Positions 50,193 through 58,660 of a stretch of 64,000 bases of DNA are shown in pieces; within the stretch, counting starts at the first letter, position 1, and each line of letters opens with the position of its first letter. Source of the DNA: Verrucomicrobiota bacterium (GTDB taxonomy: Bacteria; Verrucomicrobiota; Verrucomicrobiia; Limisphaerales; AAA164-E04); the NCBI GenBank assembly GCA_047947115.1, contig CP170459.1, positions 2,976,001 to 3,040,000 of the forward strand, read 5' to 3'. The notes under the pieces were generated by a model. That model ran no database searches, was not told the origin of the DNA, and saw nothing but the letters and a program-made list of their open reading frames with translations. The translations under genes and the position numbers were made by a program.

Positions 50193-50716
50193 GCAACGAA
50201 TTTCATGACGATTGGATTCCTGACAACATCGATCCGCTCGATGCCCCAGATCAGGACTTCGACTGGGATAAGCTGTACGAACATCTGAACGAAGGTGTAA
50301 AAGGCCCGCAAACCGATCCAGAATTGGCTCAGGCTGTCGTTCGGCTTCTGCACCTGCTCCTACCGCCCAAGACAGGGCAAAGGCTCCAGGCGAAGAGTCT
50401 GGGGCTCCGCTTGATCGCCTTGGCTTGGTTGCTCAATCCTGGCTACTTCGAGGGGAGTCCATCCCTGAGGACCTTGGCCAAGCGTTGCGGGATTCGTCTG
50501 GCGTCGTTGGCGAACTACACGGGGCACTACAGTCGCTTGCTCAGATGGCGTAACCGGGCGCAGATCCATGCATGGAACTGGTGTCCCAGACGCCGTCCAC
50601 GTCACCGAGGACGGAAGTTGCAACGAAGGGTGAAGCGTAACGTTCGGAAGTTAGGAAAAGGGGCGAATACCAAGCCTGGATTGGGGATTAGTTCGGGCAA
50701 TGGAAGTAAGGCGTAA
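50189..50716 (+). CDS. Phage hypothetical protein with an HTH-like segment
   Basis: ATGA overlap and GGAGGA ribosome-binding site; SLRTLAKRCGIRLASL; basic tail. Confidence 0.55.
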   Translation: MSNEFHDDWIPDNIDPLDAPDQDFDWDKLYEHLNEGVKGPQTDPELAQAVVRLLHLLLPPKTGQRLQAKSLGLRLIALAWLLNPGYFEGSPSLRTLAKRCGIRLASLANYTGHYSRLLRWRNRAQIHAWNWCPRRRPRHRGRKLQRRVKRNVRKLGKGANTKPGLGISSGNGSKA

Positions 50717-50916
50717 CGTTCTGCTTTTAGGTGAAGGATCAAGTTATGAATGGAAAGATAAAGCCCAAGTAGAAGCGTTTGAGAGGCGGTTGGTATGGTT
50801 GATAGAACAGTAAGAGGGACAATGTGTAAAATGGAATATAAAACAGATATAAAACATAAGGAATCTTTTTATAAGACGTTGGCGCACAAGGTTGGGCTTC
50901 AGCCCTGGAAACACGC

Positions 50917-51492
50917 ATGAGCACATCCAAACCAAAAAAACGCGCAGGAGTTCCGCCAAATTCGCAAAAACCCCAGATAAATTGCGCTTTTGACGAGGTT
51001 GTTCCGCTCGAAAAACTCGTCCCAAATCCACGGAACCCGAACCAGCATCCGCCATCGCAAGTCGCGCTTCTTGCCAAGGTAATCGCCCATCAGGGTTGGC
51101 GTTCGCCGATTGTCGTTTCTCGTCGTTCTGGTTTCATCGTCTCCGGTCACGGACGTTTTGAAGCCGCCAAGGCATTGGGGTGCTCGCAAGTGCCGGTCGA
51201 TTATCAGGACTTCAAAACCGACGCGGACGAGTGGGCACATCTGGTCGCCGACAATCGGATTGCGGAGCTTGCCGAAGTTGATGCCAACGGAATCCGAGAA
51301 CTACTCTCCGAACTCAAAGCCGAGGACTTCGATTTGGATTTGGCTGGCTTCGACGCGAGCGCGTTGGAAGGCCTGTTGGCCGAGCCGCAAGAGCCCGAGC
51401 CACCAGAAGATTTCAAGCCAGTCGATGAGGACTTGCCGACCGAGTATCAATGTCCCAAATGCCAGTATCGCTGGAGCGGTAAACCTGCGTGA
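50917..51492 (+). CDS. ParB/Srx-like N-terminal domain protein with a C-terminal zinc-ribbon-like motif
   Basis: LVPNPRNPNQH, GWRSPIVV, IVSGHGRFEAA and ADNRIAELA; C-terminal YQCPKCQYRW. Confidence 0.88.
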   Translation: MSTSKPKKRAGVPPNSQKPQINCAFDEVVPLEKLVPNPRNPNQHPPSQVALLAKVIAHQGWRSPIVVSRRSGFIVSGHGRFEAAKALGCSQVPVDYQDFKTDADEWAHLVADNRIAELAEVDANGIRELLSELKAEDFDLDLAGFDASALEGLLAEPQEPEPPEDFKPVDEDLPTEYQCPKCQYRWSGKPA

Positions 51493-51740
51493 GCGACCCA
51501 TGTTCGAAGGATAAACTAACAGCCCTGCGTCATGCCATTGATGGTATCGATGAGGCAATCTGTGGTTTGATTGCCACTCGGATCGCCCTTTCACATCAAG
51601 CGCAAGAACTCAAACTTCAATCTCGAATCCCGACCTATGACCCACGACGTGAAATCGAAATCCAACAACGATACGAACGCCGATGGTGCGGGGCTTCGAC
51701 CGTTGCCCGCTCCATCTTGAACCTCTGCCGTGAAGACTGA
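51489..51740 (+). CDS. Monofunctional chorismate mutase (AroQ/CM type II)
   Basis: LRHAIDGIDEAICGLIATR...K...YDPRRE. R14, R31, K42, D51 and E55 match the spacing of E. coli R11, R28, K39, D48 and E52. Confidence 0.85.
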   Translation: MSDPCSKDKLTALRHAIDGIDEAICGLIATRIALSHQAQELKLQSRIPTYDPRREIEIQQRYERRWCGASTVARSILNLCRED

Positions 51741-52977
51741 CAAACCGCCATACCGCGTGCCAACGATGAAGGAGATAGCCCAGATCCCGGACAACGGACT
51801 GAGGCTAGTTTCCACTTTCAGCGGTTGTGGGGGATCATGCCTCGGCTACCGCATGGCCGGTTTTCGTGTTATTTGGGCCAACGAGTTCATCCCAGCCGGA
51901 GCGGATGTTTACCGCGCCAACAACCCGACGACGCACCTCGACACCCGTGACATCCGAAAAGTTCAGCCGGAGGAGATCCTTGAGATCACAGGATTGCAGA
52001 AGGGCGAACTCGATTGCTTAGAGGGCTCTCCTCCATGTGCCTCGTTTTCTACCGCTGGCAAACGGCATAAGCACTGGGGAAAAGCTAAACAGTACAGTGA
52101 CACCGTCCAACGAACGGATGATCTGTTCTTCGAGTTCACTCGATTACTGGAGGGGCTACAACCAAAGGTGTTCACGGCGGAAAACGTCAGCGGCTTGGTC
52201 AAGGGTGTTGCCAAGGGCTACTTCCTTGAAATCCTGGCCGAACTCAAATCCTGTGGCTACCGTGTAGGCTGCAAGGTGCTCGACGCTCAGTGGCTGGGTG
52301 TTCCTCAAGCCCGGCAACGAACGATCTTTGTTGGCGTTCGGGAGGACTTGGGCAAAGAGCCCGTTTTCCCGAAACCACTGCCATACCGCTATAGCTTGAA
52401 GGATGCTCTTCCCTGGATCGTGCGCGGCAAATACGGACCAACCTGGAAACAGGCAAACATCCCAAGTCCCACGGTCAACGCGCATGGTTCCTACAATCCT
52501 GAAACCAGCCACCAGGGTTTGGAGTTGGTCGAAGCCCGAATCGTGGGTGGCACCGGCGCGCCGTTCGATCACAAGGGCCAAGCGTTCGACCTGAATCAAC
52601 CATCACCTACGATTCTCGGGACCAAGCCGAATCAGTTCGAGGTCGACATGGGCCGCTTTGCCATCGGTCGGGAGTGGGACAAACTGAAACCAGGGGAGGC
52701 ATCGGGCAAATACTTCAACCTTGTGCGACCTCATCCCGATCATCCTTGCCCGACCATTTGCGCAAGCCACGGCCATCCCGGTGTTGCCAGTGTCACCCAT
52801 CCAACCGAAAAGCGGAAGCTCACCATCGACGAGTTAAAACGCATATGTGCATTTCCGGATGATTTTGTTTTAAGCGGAAGCTACTCCCAACAGTGGGAAC
52901 GACTCGGGAGGGCAGTTCCACCTGTCATGTCCTTTCACATCGCACGAACCATACGAGATGAAATCTTCAACCTTTAA
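51730..52977 (+). CDS. DNA cytosine-C5 methyltransferase-fold enzyme, predicted carboxymethyltransferase
   Basis: Motif I FSGCGG, IV GSPPC (C103), VI ENV, VIII QARQR; motif X is LGRAVPP instead of GNAVPP. Confidence 0.88.
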   Translation: MKTDKPPYRVPTMKEIAQIPDNGLRLVSTFSGCGGSCLGYRMAGFRVIWANEFIPAGADVYRANNPTTHLDTRDIRKVQPEEILEITGLQKGELDCLEGSPPCASFSTAGKRHKHWGKAKQYSDTVQRTDDLFFEFTRLLEGLQPKVFTAENVSGLVKGVAKGYFLEILAELKSCGYRVGCKVLDAQWLGVPQARQRTIFVGVREDLGKEPVFPKPLPYRYSLKDALPWIVRGKYGPTWKQANIPSPTVNAHGSYNPETSHQGLELVEARIVGGTGAPFDHKGQAFDLNQPSPTILGTKPNQFEVDMGRFAIGREWDKLKPGEASGKYFNLVRPHPDHPCPTICASHGHPGVASVTHPTEKRKLTIDELKRICAFPDDFVLSGSYSQQWERLGRAVPPVMSFHIARTIRDEIFNL

Positions 52978-53629
52978 CGTCCCCAAGCATTGGAGCTTTA
53001 AGAACGTAACCGTTGCAAAGCACTTCGACCAGCATGTGCGCGAATCCCTTCCGTGGTATGATCTGGCCACGAACGCTGTTGCGCATTTTGCCAGGCACTA
53101 CATCCCGCACAATGGCGTCGTTTACGACATCGGGGCATCTACCGGAAACATTGGCCACGCGATCAAGGAGACTCTTGTTCAACGTCAGGCGCAGTTTTTC
53201 GCCATTGAGGAGAGCCCGGAGATGGCAGAGCGCTATGACGGGCCACCCCAACTTGTCGTCGCTGATGCGGTGGCACATGAGTTCAAGCCCTTTGACTTCG
53301 CTGTGTGTTTCCTGGTGCTGATGTTCCTGCCAGTCGAAATACGGATGGAGTTCCTTCGCAAATTGCGAGGGCTCACCAAACCTGGTGGTGCCTTGGTTGT
53401 CGTCGACAAGGTTCAGATGCCAGCCGGGTATGTCGGAACCGCCTTCAGTCGCCTGACTATGCAGCAGAAGTTGGCTGTGGGAGCGAAGCCGGAGGAAATC
53501 CTGCGCAAAGAACTCTCGCTTGCCGGATACCAACGTCCGCTTGATCCGCAGACACTCCCCGAAGGAGCTTTGCCATTCTTCCAGGTCGGCGAGTTTGTCG
53601 GGTGGATCCTGCCTGCGGCCGAACGATAA
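52958..53629 (+). CDS. CmoA-like carboxy-S-adenosylmethionine synthase
   Basis: WSF..VAKHFDQHVRESLPWY, VYDIGASTG, LVLMFL, KPGGALVVVDK and EEILRKELSL follow the CmoA motif order. Confidence 0.78.
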   Translation: MKSSTFNVPKHWSFKNVTVAKHFDQHVRESLPWYDLATNAVAHFARHYIPHNGVVYDIGASTGNIGHAIKETLVQRQAQFFAIEESPEMAERYDGPPQLVVADAVAHEFKPFDFAVCFLVLMFLPVEIRMEFLRKLRGLTKPGGALVVVDKVQMPAGYVGTAFSRLTMQQKLAVGAKPEEILRKELSLAGYQRPLDPQTLPEGALPFFQVGEFVGWILPAAER

Positions 53630-53632
53630 GTC

Positions 53633-54274
53633 ATGGCTGATGCTGGCGCCATCTCAACCACACAACTTGCTAAGCTCTCCGGGCTGAGTGATCGACGCCT
53701 TCGTGAACTGGCCAGCGAGGGGTGGTTCCCCAAATCATCCGATGGGCAGTATCAGTTGGTTTCCACGATTCAGGGATTGCTTCGTTATTACCGGGAACGG
53801 GAGCAATCCCGGATCATTCTCGATTCCTACGACAGCATGGGATCGTGTTCCGCTGCTACAGGCATTCCGATAACGACCATCAAGCAGGCCAAACGCCAGG
53901 GGTGTTCAGGATTTCGTGGGAGCCGTGTTTACCTGGCTCCGCTGCTTCGGTGGTTGTTCGAAGACACGGACGGTTCACAAGTCAACTACGACCATGAGCG
54001 GGCGCAGCACGTCGTCCTGCAAAACGCCAAGTTGAAGGTGGAGCTACGGCAACTCAAGAAGGAGTTGCTGCCGGTCGAGGAGGTCAAGCACTTGGGGGCC
54101 GAATTGGGTGCTGCGATTCGCAAAGTGATTTCACGACTGCACCGCTCCGCGCCTTCGCTGGAAGGACAAGACATCGACGTGATCGAATCACGACTCAAGG
54201 AGGAAGAGGACGAGATACTGAAGCAGCTTCACACCTTGGATGAGCGGTTCAAGTCTTGGGATCGAGCGGATTGA
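53633..54274 (+). CDS. Terminase small subunit (Nu1-like)
   Basis: N-terminal winged HTH (QLAKLSGLSDRRLRELASEG) and coiled coil ending ELLPVEEV; upstream of the large subunit. Confidence 0.75.
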   Translation: MADAGAISTTQLAKLSGLSDRRLRELASEGWFPKSSDGQYQLVSTIQGLLRYYREREQSRIILDSYDSMGSCSAATGIPITTIKQAKRQGCSGFRGSRVYLAPLLRWLFEDTDGSQVNYDHERAQHVVLQNAKLKVELRQLKKELLPVEEVKHLGAELGAAIRKVISRLHRSAPSLEGQDIDVIESRLKEEEDEILKQLHTLDERFKSWDRAD

Positions 54275-54284
54275 TTTCGTAGGT

Positions 54285-55088
54285 CTAAGGCTGGGGTGCT
54301 TCGAGGGGGTATTGCTCAGCCAATTCGGGAGCGATTCTGGAAAGGGCTTCGTGTGCTTCTCTTTGCCTTTGCCTCTGGAACATTTCATAGCGATTTCGAG
54401 GCCGAGTTGAATCCGTATCGACTGTGATTGAAACAAATGAATTTGTGATTGAGTTTAGGAGGATGGGAATACCGTTTGTGGCTTTTCTGTCAATTTTTGA
54501 TAAGTAAATGGCGGCTTCGAGTCGTACCGTGTTATCTGGATCATCGAGCATAGTTTTGAAGAAATTTTTCTTGTAGTCCCAGTGTTGGGTTCGTTTTGAA
54601 ATGGACTTGATCAAATCAAAGTAACCATCGGAAGACCCTTGCGACTTATAAGCCGGATACAATTCCATCAATTCTATCACGAATGGATCCAAATTTTCAA
54701 TTGGCAGGCCTTTGAGATATGAAAGGGCAATCTGCTTTTTATAAATACCCTTCACTTCGACTGGTAATAATTTTCTGATCTCGTCCGGAATTTTAAGGTA
54801 GAGCTCATAATAGGCCTTGCTGAGGGTTGAATCTGCTGAATGGATTTTGTTGATTAGGTAGGGAACGCTGTTTGTTCCCATATTTGAAAAAGCTACTTTT
54901 GCTGCGTTTATGGTGTCAGCAAGTCCCGGATGCCCTTGCTCCCCGTAGAACCACTCATCTGCATTTTTCCCTTCGTACACAGGTAAGTCTGAATCTTTCA
55001 TCAAAGCAATAAAGACTACTGCTGTCACTACTAACAAGAGAAACGCAAAGGATGCGGCAATAATGGCTTTATGTGATGGGGCTTTCAT
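54285..55088 (-). CDS. Membrane-anchored HEAT-repeat protein (moron)
   Basis: One transmembrane helix; PVYEGKNADEWF, MGTNSVPYLI and LDDPDNTVRLEAA..L; AT-rich and antisense to the phage genes. Confidence 0.75.
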   Translation of the reverse strand: MKAPSHKAIIAASFAFLLLVVTAVVFIALMKDSDLPVYEGKNADEWFYGEQGHPGLADTINAAKVAFSNMGTNSVPYLINKIHSADSTLSKAYYELYLKIPDEIRKLLPVEVKGIYKKQIALSYLKGLPIENLDPFVIELMELYPAYKSQGSSDGYFDLIKSISKRTQHWDYKKNFFKTMLDDPDNTVRLEAAIYLSKIDRKATNGIPILLNSITNSFVSITVDTDSTRPRNRYEMFQRQRQREAHEALSRIAPELAEQYPLEAPQP

Positions 55089-55204
55089 CTGCTCTTTGTC
55101 GATCAATCTTTTAAGGCGGCGTTGAACCTAAAAATTCAAATGCCTTTTCTTGCCCAATTCGACAATGGACACCCTCCCACCGTTCATTTTAAGAGGTCCA
55201 TCGT

Positions 55205-55636
55205 ATGAAAGCGAACAAAGTGCCGGAAACTATTCAGACCATCATCGCACAAGCAGGCGGTATGGGACTACAAGGTCCCTTTACCTATATTGGAGCACAC
55301 GACTTCGGTTACAAATGCGCCGAACCTGAAGGTGAGTATCGATCTGGCTACATGTCAAAGCTTGTGTCCGAAGGCGGTCTCGGAAACGTTGATTTCGAAG
55401 TCGGACTGCGATTCAAAGTCAACGGAAAGCCCGGCAAGAATTGGGTGATGATCATCGCCTACGAACCTGATGACACTTACTCGGTCTGGTTGATCGAGGG
55501 ACACGCCGAGCGGAAGCCTGGTAGTATGGTCCTTGCCTGCCATCGGGATGTTTACTGCGATATGTTGAGGCAGGTCATCGAGCAGACATACGACCAAGCC
55601 ATCCGGGATCACAACCAGGGATTCATTCCGCTTTAA
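55205..55636 (+). CDS. Phage hypothetical protein (143 aa)
   Basis: AGAGG ribosome-binding site; TIIAQAGG...GLRFKV...DDTYSV...DVYCDML pattern; function unknown. Confidence 0.7.
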   Translation: MKANKVPETIQTIIAQAGGMGLQGPFTYIGAHDFGYKCAEPEGEYRSGYMSKLVSEGGLGNVDFEVGLRFKVNGKPGKNWVMIIAYEPDDTYSVWLIEGHAERKPGSMVLACHRDVYCDMLRQVIEQTYDQAIRDHNQGFIPL

Positions 55637-55678
55637 CTCTTCTCCTCCTTTTAAGGCGTAGCGTTTGCCCATCTCTGT

Positions 55679-57445
55679 ATGCGAACGCCACGCCATCCCC
55701 TCATCGAAGGATTTTGCTCCGCCTGTCGCCCAGCCGATAGGCGGCCACCATGGCAATGGTGCGAGCAGCATGTCCAGGTTGATGAGACTTCCCCGATTCC
55801 TGGTCGGTGGCGTTCGGATGCCTCCCCTTGGGTGCGCGCAGTGATGGAGGATTTTGCCGACAACGCCATCCGGGACATTGCCGTTCAATGTGCGGCTCAG
55901 AGTGCCAAGACCCAAACGGTCATGAACTGCGCCTGCTGGGCCATCGCCGAGGATCCAGGCCCTGCCATGTGGGTGACGGCTACCAAGGATGAGCTTCGGG
56001 ATTTTATGCGGGACCGGCTTACGCCAACCTTCGAATCCTGCCGCCCGGTCAGGGATCGCATGGCCGAACCCACCTTGTCAGGATTCGCTTTCGACGGGAT
56101 GCCTTTCTACGCTGGTTGGTCGGGATCAAAAGCACGCCTGCAATCCAAACCCATCCGCTGGCTCTTTTGTGATGAGGTTCGCAATTACCCGCCTGGGCGT
56201 TTGGAGATGGTCCTCAAACGAACACGATCCTTCTGGAACTCTCGTCGGTTCCTGATCTCGACGCCCGGGACCAAGGGCGACGCCATGGACACCGCCTACC
56301 GGGCGGGGGATCAGCGTATCTGGCATTTTGAGTGCCCGAAGTGTCACCAGTTACAGCCGCTCAAGTTCGAGCAGTTGAAATGGGATTCTAACGACACGAC
56401 CAAGCCCGAAGGCAAATGGCGATTTGATCTGCTTGCCGAGACAATCCGGTTCGAGTGCGTTTCCTGCTCGCACAAGATCAAGGACACTCCCATTGATCGT
56501 CGATGGATCGAGAACCACGGGGAGTTTGTCCCCCAGAATCCCAACGCTCCACGATCCAAGGTTAGCTACACTTGGAACGCGCTCCTACCGCATTGGATCG
56601 AGTGGAGGTCGATTGTCGAGGAGTTCCTGGCTGCGGTCGATGCCATGCGCCTGGAGGGGGACATAGAGCCCATGTATACCTTCGTCACCGAAACCCTGGG
56701 TGAACCTTGGGACTTGGATCGGTGGCTGATTACGAGTGATGATTACATCCAGCAGCGTAAAGGGGAATACGATTTTGGCGATGCCTGGCCGATTGAAAAG
56801 ACAAGATTCATCGCAGCCGACAGGCAGGCCCGTGGCGGTGAGCATTACTTTTGGGTGGCTCGGGCCTTTGGGGCTGGTGGAGCAAGTCGCCTAATTGGTT
56901 ACGGCCGCTGCAACACGACGACCGAACTCGAAGAAATCCGAAAGCAGTTAAACGTCCCCGTCGTCAACGCCATGATTGATTCCGGGTTCAAGGCCTCTGA
57001 GGTTTATCGATTTTGCCAGGCCACGGGCTGGAAAGCGATGAAGGGTGATGACGCCGAGTGGTTCCTTACCCAAGACCCGAGGACTAAGAAGACCGTCCGC
57101 CGAGTCTGGCGTCGGGTGTTGGTTGATCCCACACTTGGGACCAAGAAATCAAGAGTCCGTCGACATCTTCCGCTCTTCCAGTGGTCCAACCCGAGCATCA
57201 AGGATCACTTGGCATTGTTTACGCACGGAGTAGTCGGGCAATGGTCGATACCGAGAACGACAGGCCGGGATTATGTCGATCAGATGACCGCCGAGGTCCG
57301 AGAGGAGAAAGAGGATTCACGAGGCCGCATCAAGGTCATTTGGGTTCAGAAGCGTCGGGATAACCATTACCTGGATTGTGAGTTGATGATTGATGCGGCG
57401 GCGATTATTACGAATGTGCTGAGGGCGAGTAGTGAATCGAGTTGA
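55679..57445 (+). CDS. Terminase large subunit (lambda GpA family)
   Basis: PGRWR, AQSAKT Walker A, LFCDEV, ISTPG, CPKC and CVSC zinc motifs, LGEPW, IDSG and NHYLDC. Confidence 0.95.
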   Translation: MRTPRHPLIEGFCSACRPADRRPPWQWCEQHVQVDETSPIPGRWRSDASPWVRAVMEDFADNAIRDIAVQCAAQSAKTQTVMNCACWAIAEDPGPAMWVTATKDELRDFMRDRLTPTFESCRPVRDRMAEPTLSGFAFDGMPFYAGWSGSKARLQSKPIRWLFCDEVRNYPPGRLEMVLKRTRSFWNSRRFLISTPGTKGDAMDTAYRAGDQRIWHFECPKCHQLQPLKFEQLKWDSNDTTKPEGKWRFDLLAETIRFECVSCSHKIKDTPIDRRWIENHGEFVPQNPNAPRSKVSYTWNALLPHWIEWRSIVEEFLAAVDAMRLEGDIEPMYTFVTETLGEPWDLDRWLITSDDYIQQRKGEYDFGDAWPIEKTRFIAADRQARGGEHYFWVARAFGAGGASRLIGYGRCNTTTELEEIRKQLNVPVVNAMIDSGFKASEVYRFCQATGWKAMKGDDAEWFLTQDPRTKKTVRRVWRRVLVDPTLGTKKSRVRRHLPLFQWSNPSIKDHLALFTHGVVGQWSIPRTTGRDYVDQMTAEVREEKEDSRGRIKVIWVQKRRDNHYLDCELMIDAAAIITNVLRASSESS

Positions 57446-57567
57446 TACGCCATTTTTGCTTGAGTGCGGGAAATGTATCTTGTTGAATTCCACTATGGCC
57501 TAACAAGTTATGAGGCGCGTTTGAATATGCCCGTGTTGAGTTTTTGAAATCTAGATTGCATGCGCAC

Positions 57568-58299
57568 ATGAAGAATTTGGCGAAAAGACCAATGTGGAGG
57601 AGAAAACGATGGTTGGTTATCATCGTAGTGATTGCTGTGGTTTTTGGTGCCAGTGCAATCCGGGAATTTCGGATCAGTAAACTACCCCCGAAGGAGCGGC
57701 GGTTAAAAAACTCCCAGTTCAGTTTCAGGATAGCTTCATTAAAGTATCGCTGGGGAAGTCGCATGGTGGATGGGATTGAGCAAGTGACTGGCCCTATTGC
57801 AATAGCCAGCCAATTTGCTGACTATCTTGGTTCAAAAAAGAAAGTCGCGTCTGATGAATTACGAGACGCATCCCATTTCGCTTCTATTGAAATCGTGGGC
57901 ATTTATGAAGATCGACATGAATTTAATAACGCGGCTGCAAAAATACACCTCAAGGGACTCTCTAGAAATTCCACGTTTATAATCACAAAGATGGATGATC
58001 AAAAAAGGTTTCAGAACGGTGAATTGAGAGTCCCTAACCAATTCGCTGAACAAGCCAGAAAAATCTTGGACAACACGGAGGTGTGCATTGTTAAATCGTT
58101 CCCATATGACTCGGAAAAGGAGATCAGCCAAGCTGTGGATACAATGAGAGCAAAGGGTGTTCGAGCAGTTTCAATGTCTTTTCGAGATGACTTCGGTGAT
58201 CCTCATAAGTCGATTTTCGTGCTTACCGAGGATAAGGAAATTGCAGAACAGGCCTTAGAATCATTTCCACGAGTTCAGCCAATCCCTAACCCCAAATAA
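57568..58299 (+). CDS. Membrane-anchored hypothetical protein (moron)
   Basis: RRKR plus one transmembrane helix; AT-rich; inserted between terminase and head genes. The start is uncertain. Confidence 0.65.
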   Translation: MKNLAKRPMWRRKRWLVIIVVIAVVFGASAIREFRISKLPPKERRLKNSQFSFRIASLKYRWGSRMVDGIEQVTGPIAIASQFADYLGSKKKVASDELRDASHFASIEIVGIYEDRHEFNNAAAKIHLKGLSRNSTFIITKMDDQKRFQNGELRVPNQFAEQARKILDNTEVCIVKSFPYDSEKEISQAVDTMRAKGVRAVSMSFRDDFGDPHKSIFVLTEDKEIAEQALESFPRVQPIPNPK

Positions 58300-58327
58300 T
58301 TCTGAAGCGTAACGTCCCCCCAAGGAC

Positions 58328-58660
58328 GTGACAGCACGCCCAAGACTTGAAGTCCGGATGTTGGTCCGGGCGCTTAAACTTCAGCTCACCGGAGGGGAAA
58401 CCCTTGTCGGAGCTCTCAACGCATTGGTGACCTCCAAATGGTCCTCCAGCGTGGTAAACGGTCAAACCCTCCTTTCGACCAGCGAGGCCGGAGGCACTGT
58501 AACCTTCACTTTTGATCGCAGCTTCACGCCCACCGATCTCATCACCATGGCCGAGGAGGCGCTTGAGTGGATCAACACCCTCGTCGATCCAGAAAACCCG
58601 CCCCTGGACATTCCCCGATACAACCGACTCCACCCAACATTCCTTAAGGCCGTCTTGTGA
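58328..58660 (+). CDS. Putative head-tail joining protein (gpW position)
   Basis: Small ORF overlapping the portal start (GTGA); call is from position only. Confidence 0.5.
   Translation: MTARPRLEVRMLVRALKLQLTGGETLVGALNALVTSKWSSSVVNGQTLLSTSEAGGTVTFTFDRSFTPTDLITMAEEALEWINTLVDPENPPLDIPRYNRLHPTFLKAVL

Noticed and set aside
51730..53629. Restriction-modification system or tRNA cmo5U pathway
   Set aside because: No cognate restriction endonuclease is coupled to the methyltransferase, and no cmoB is present in the window.
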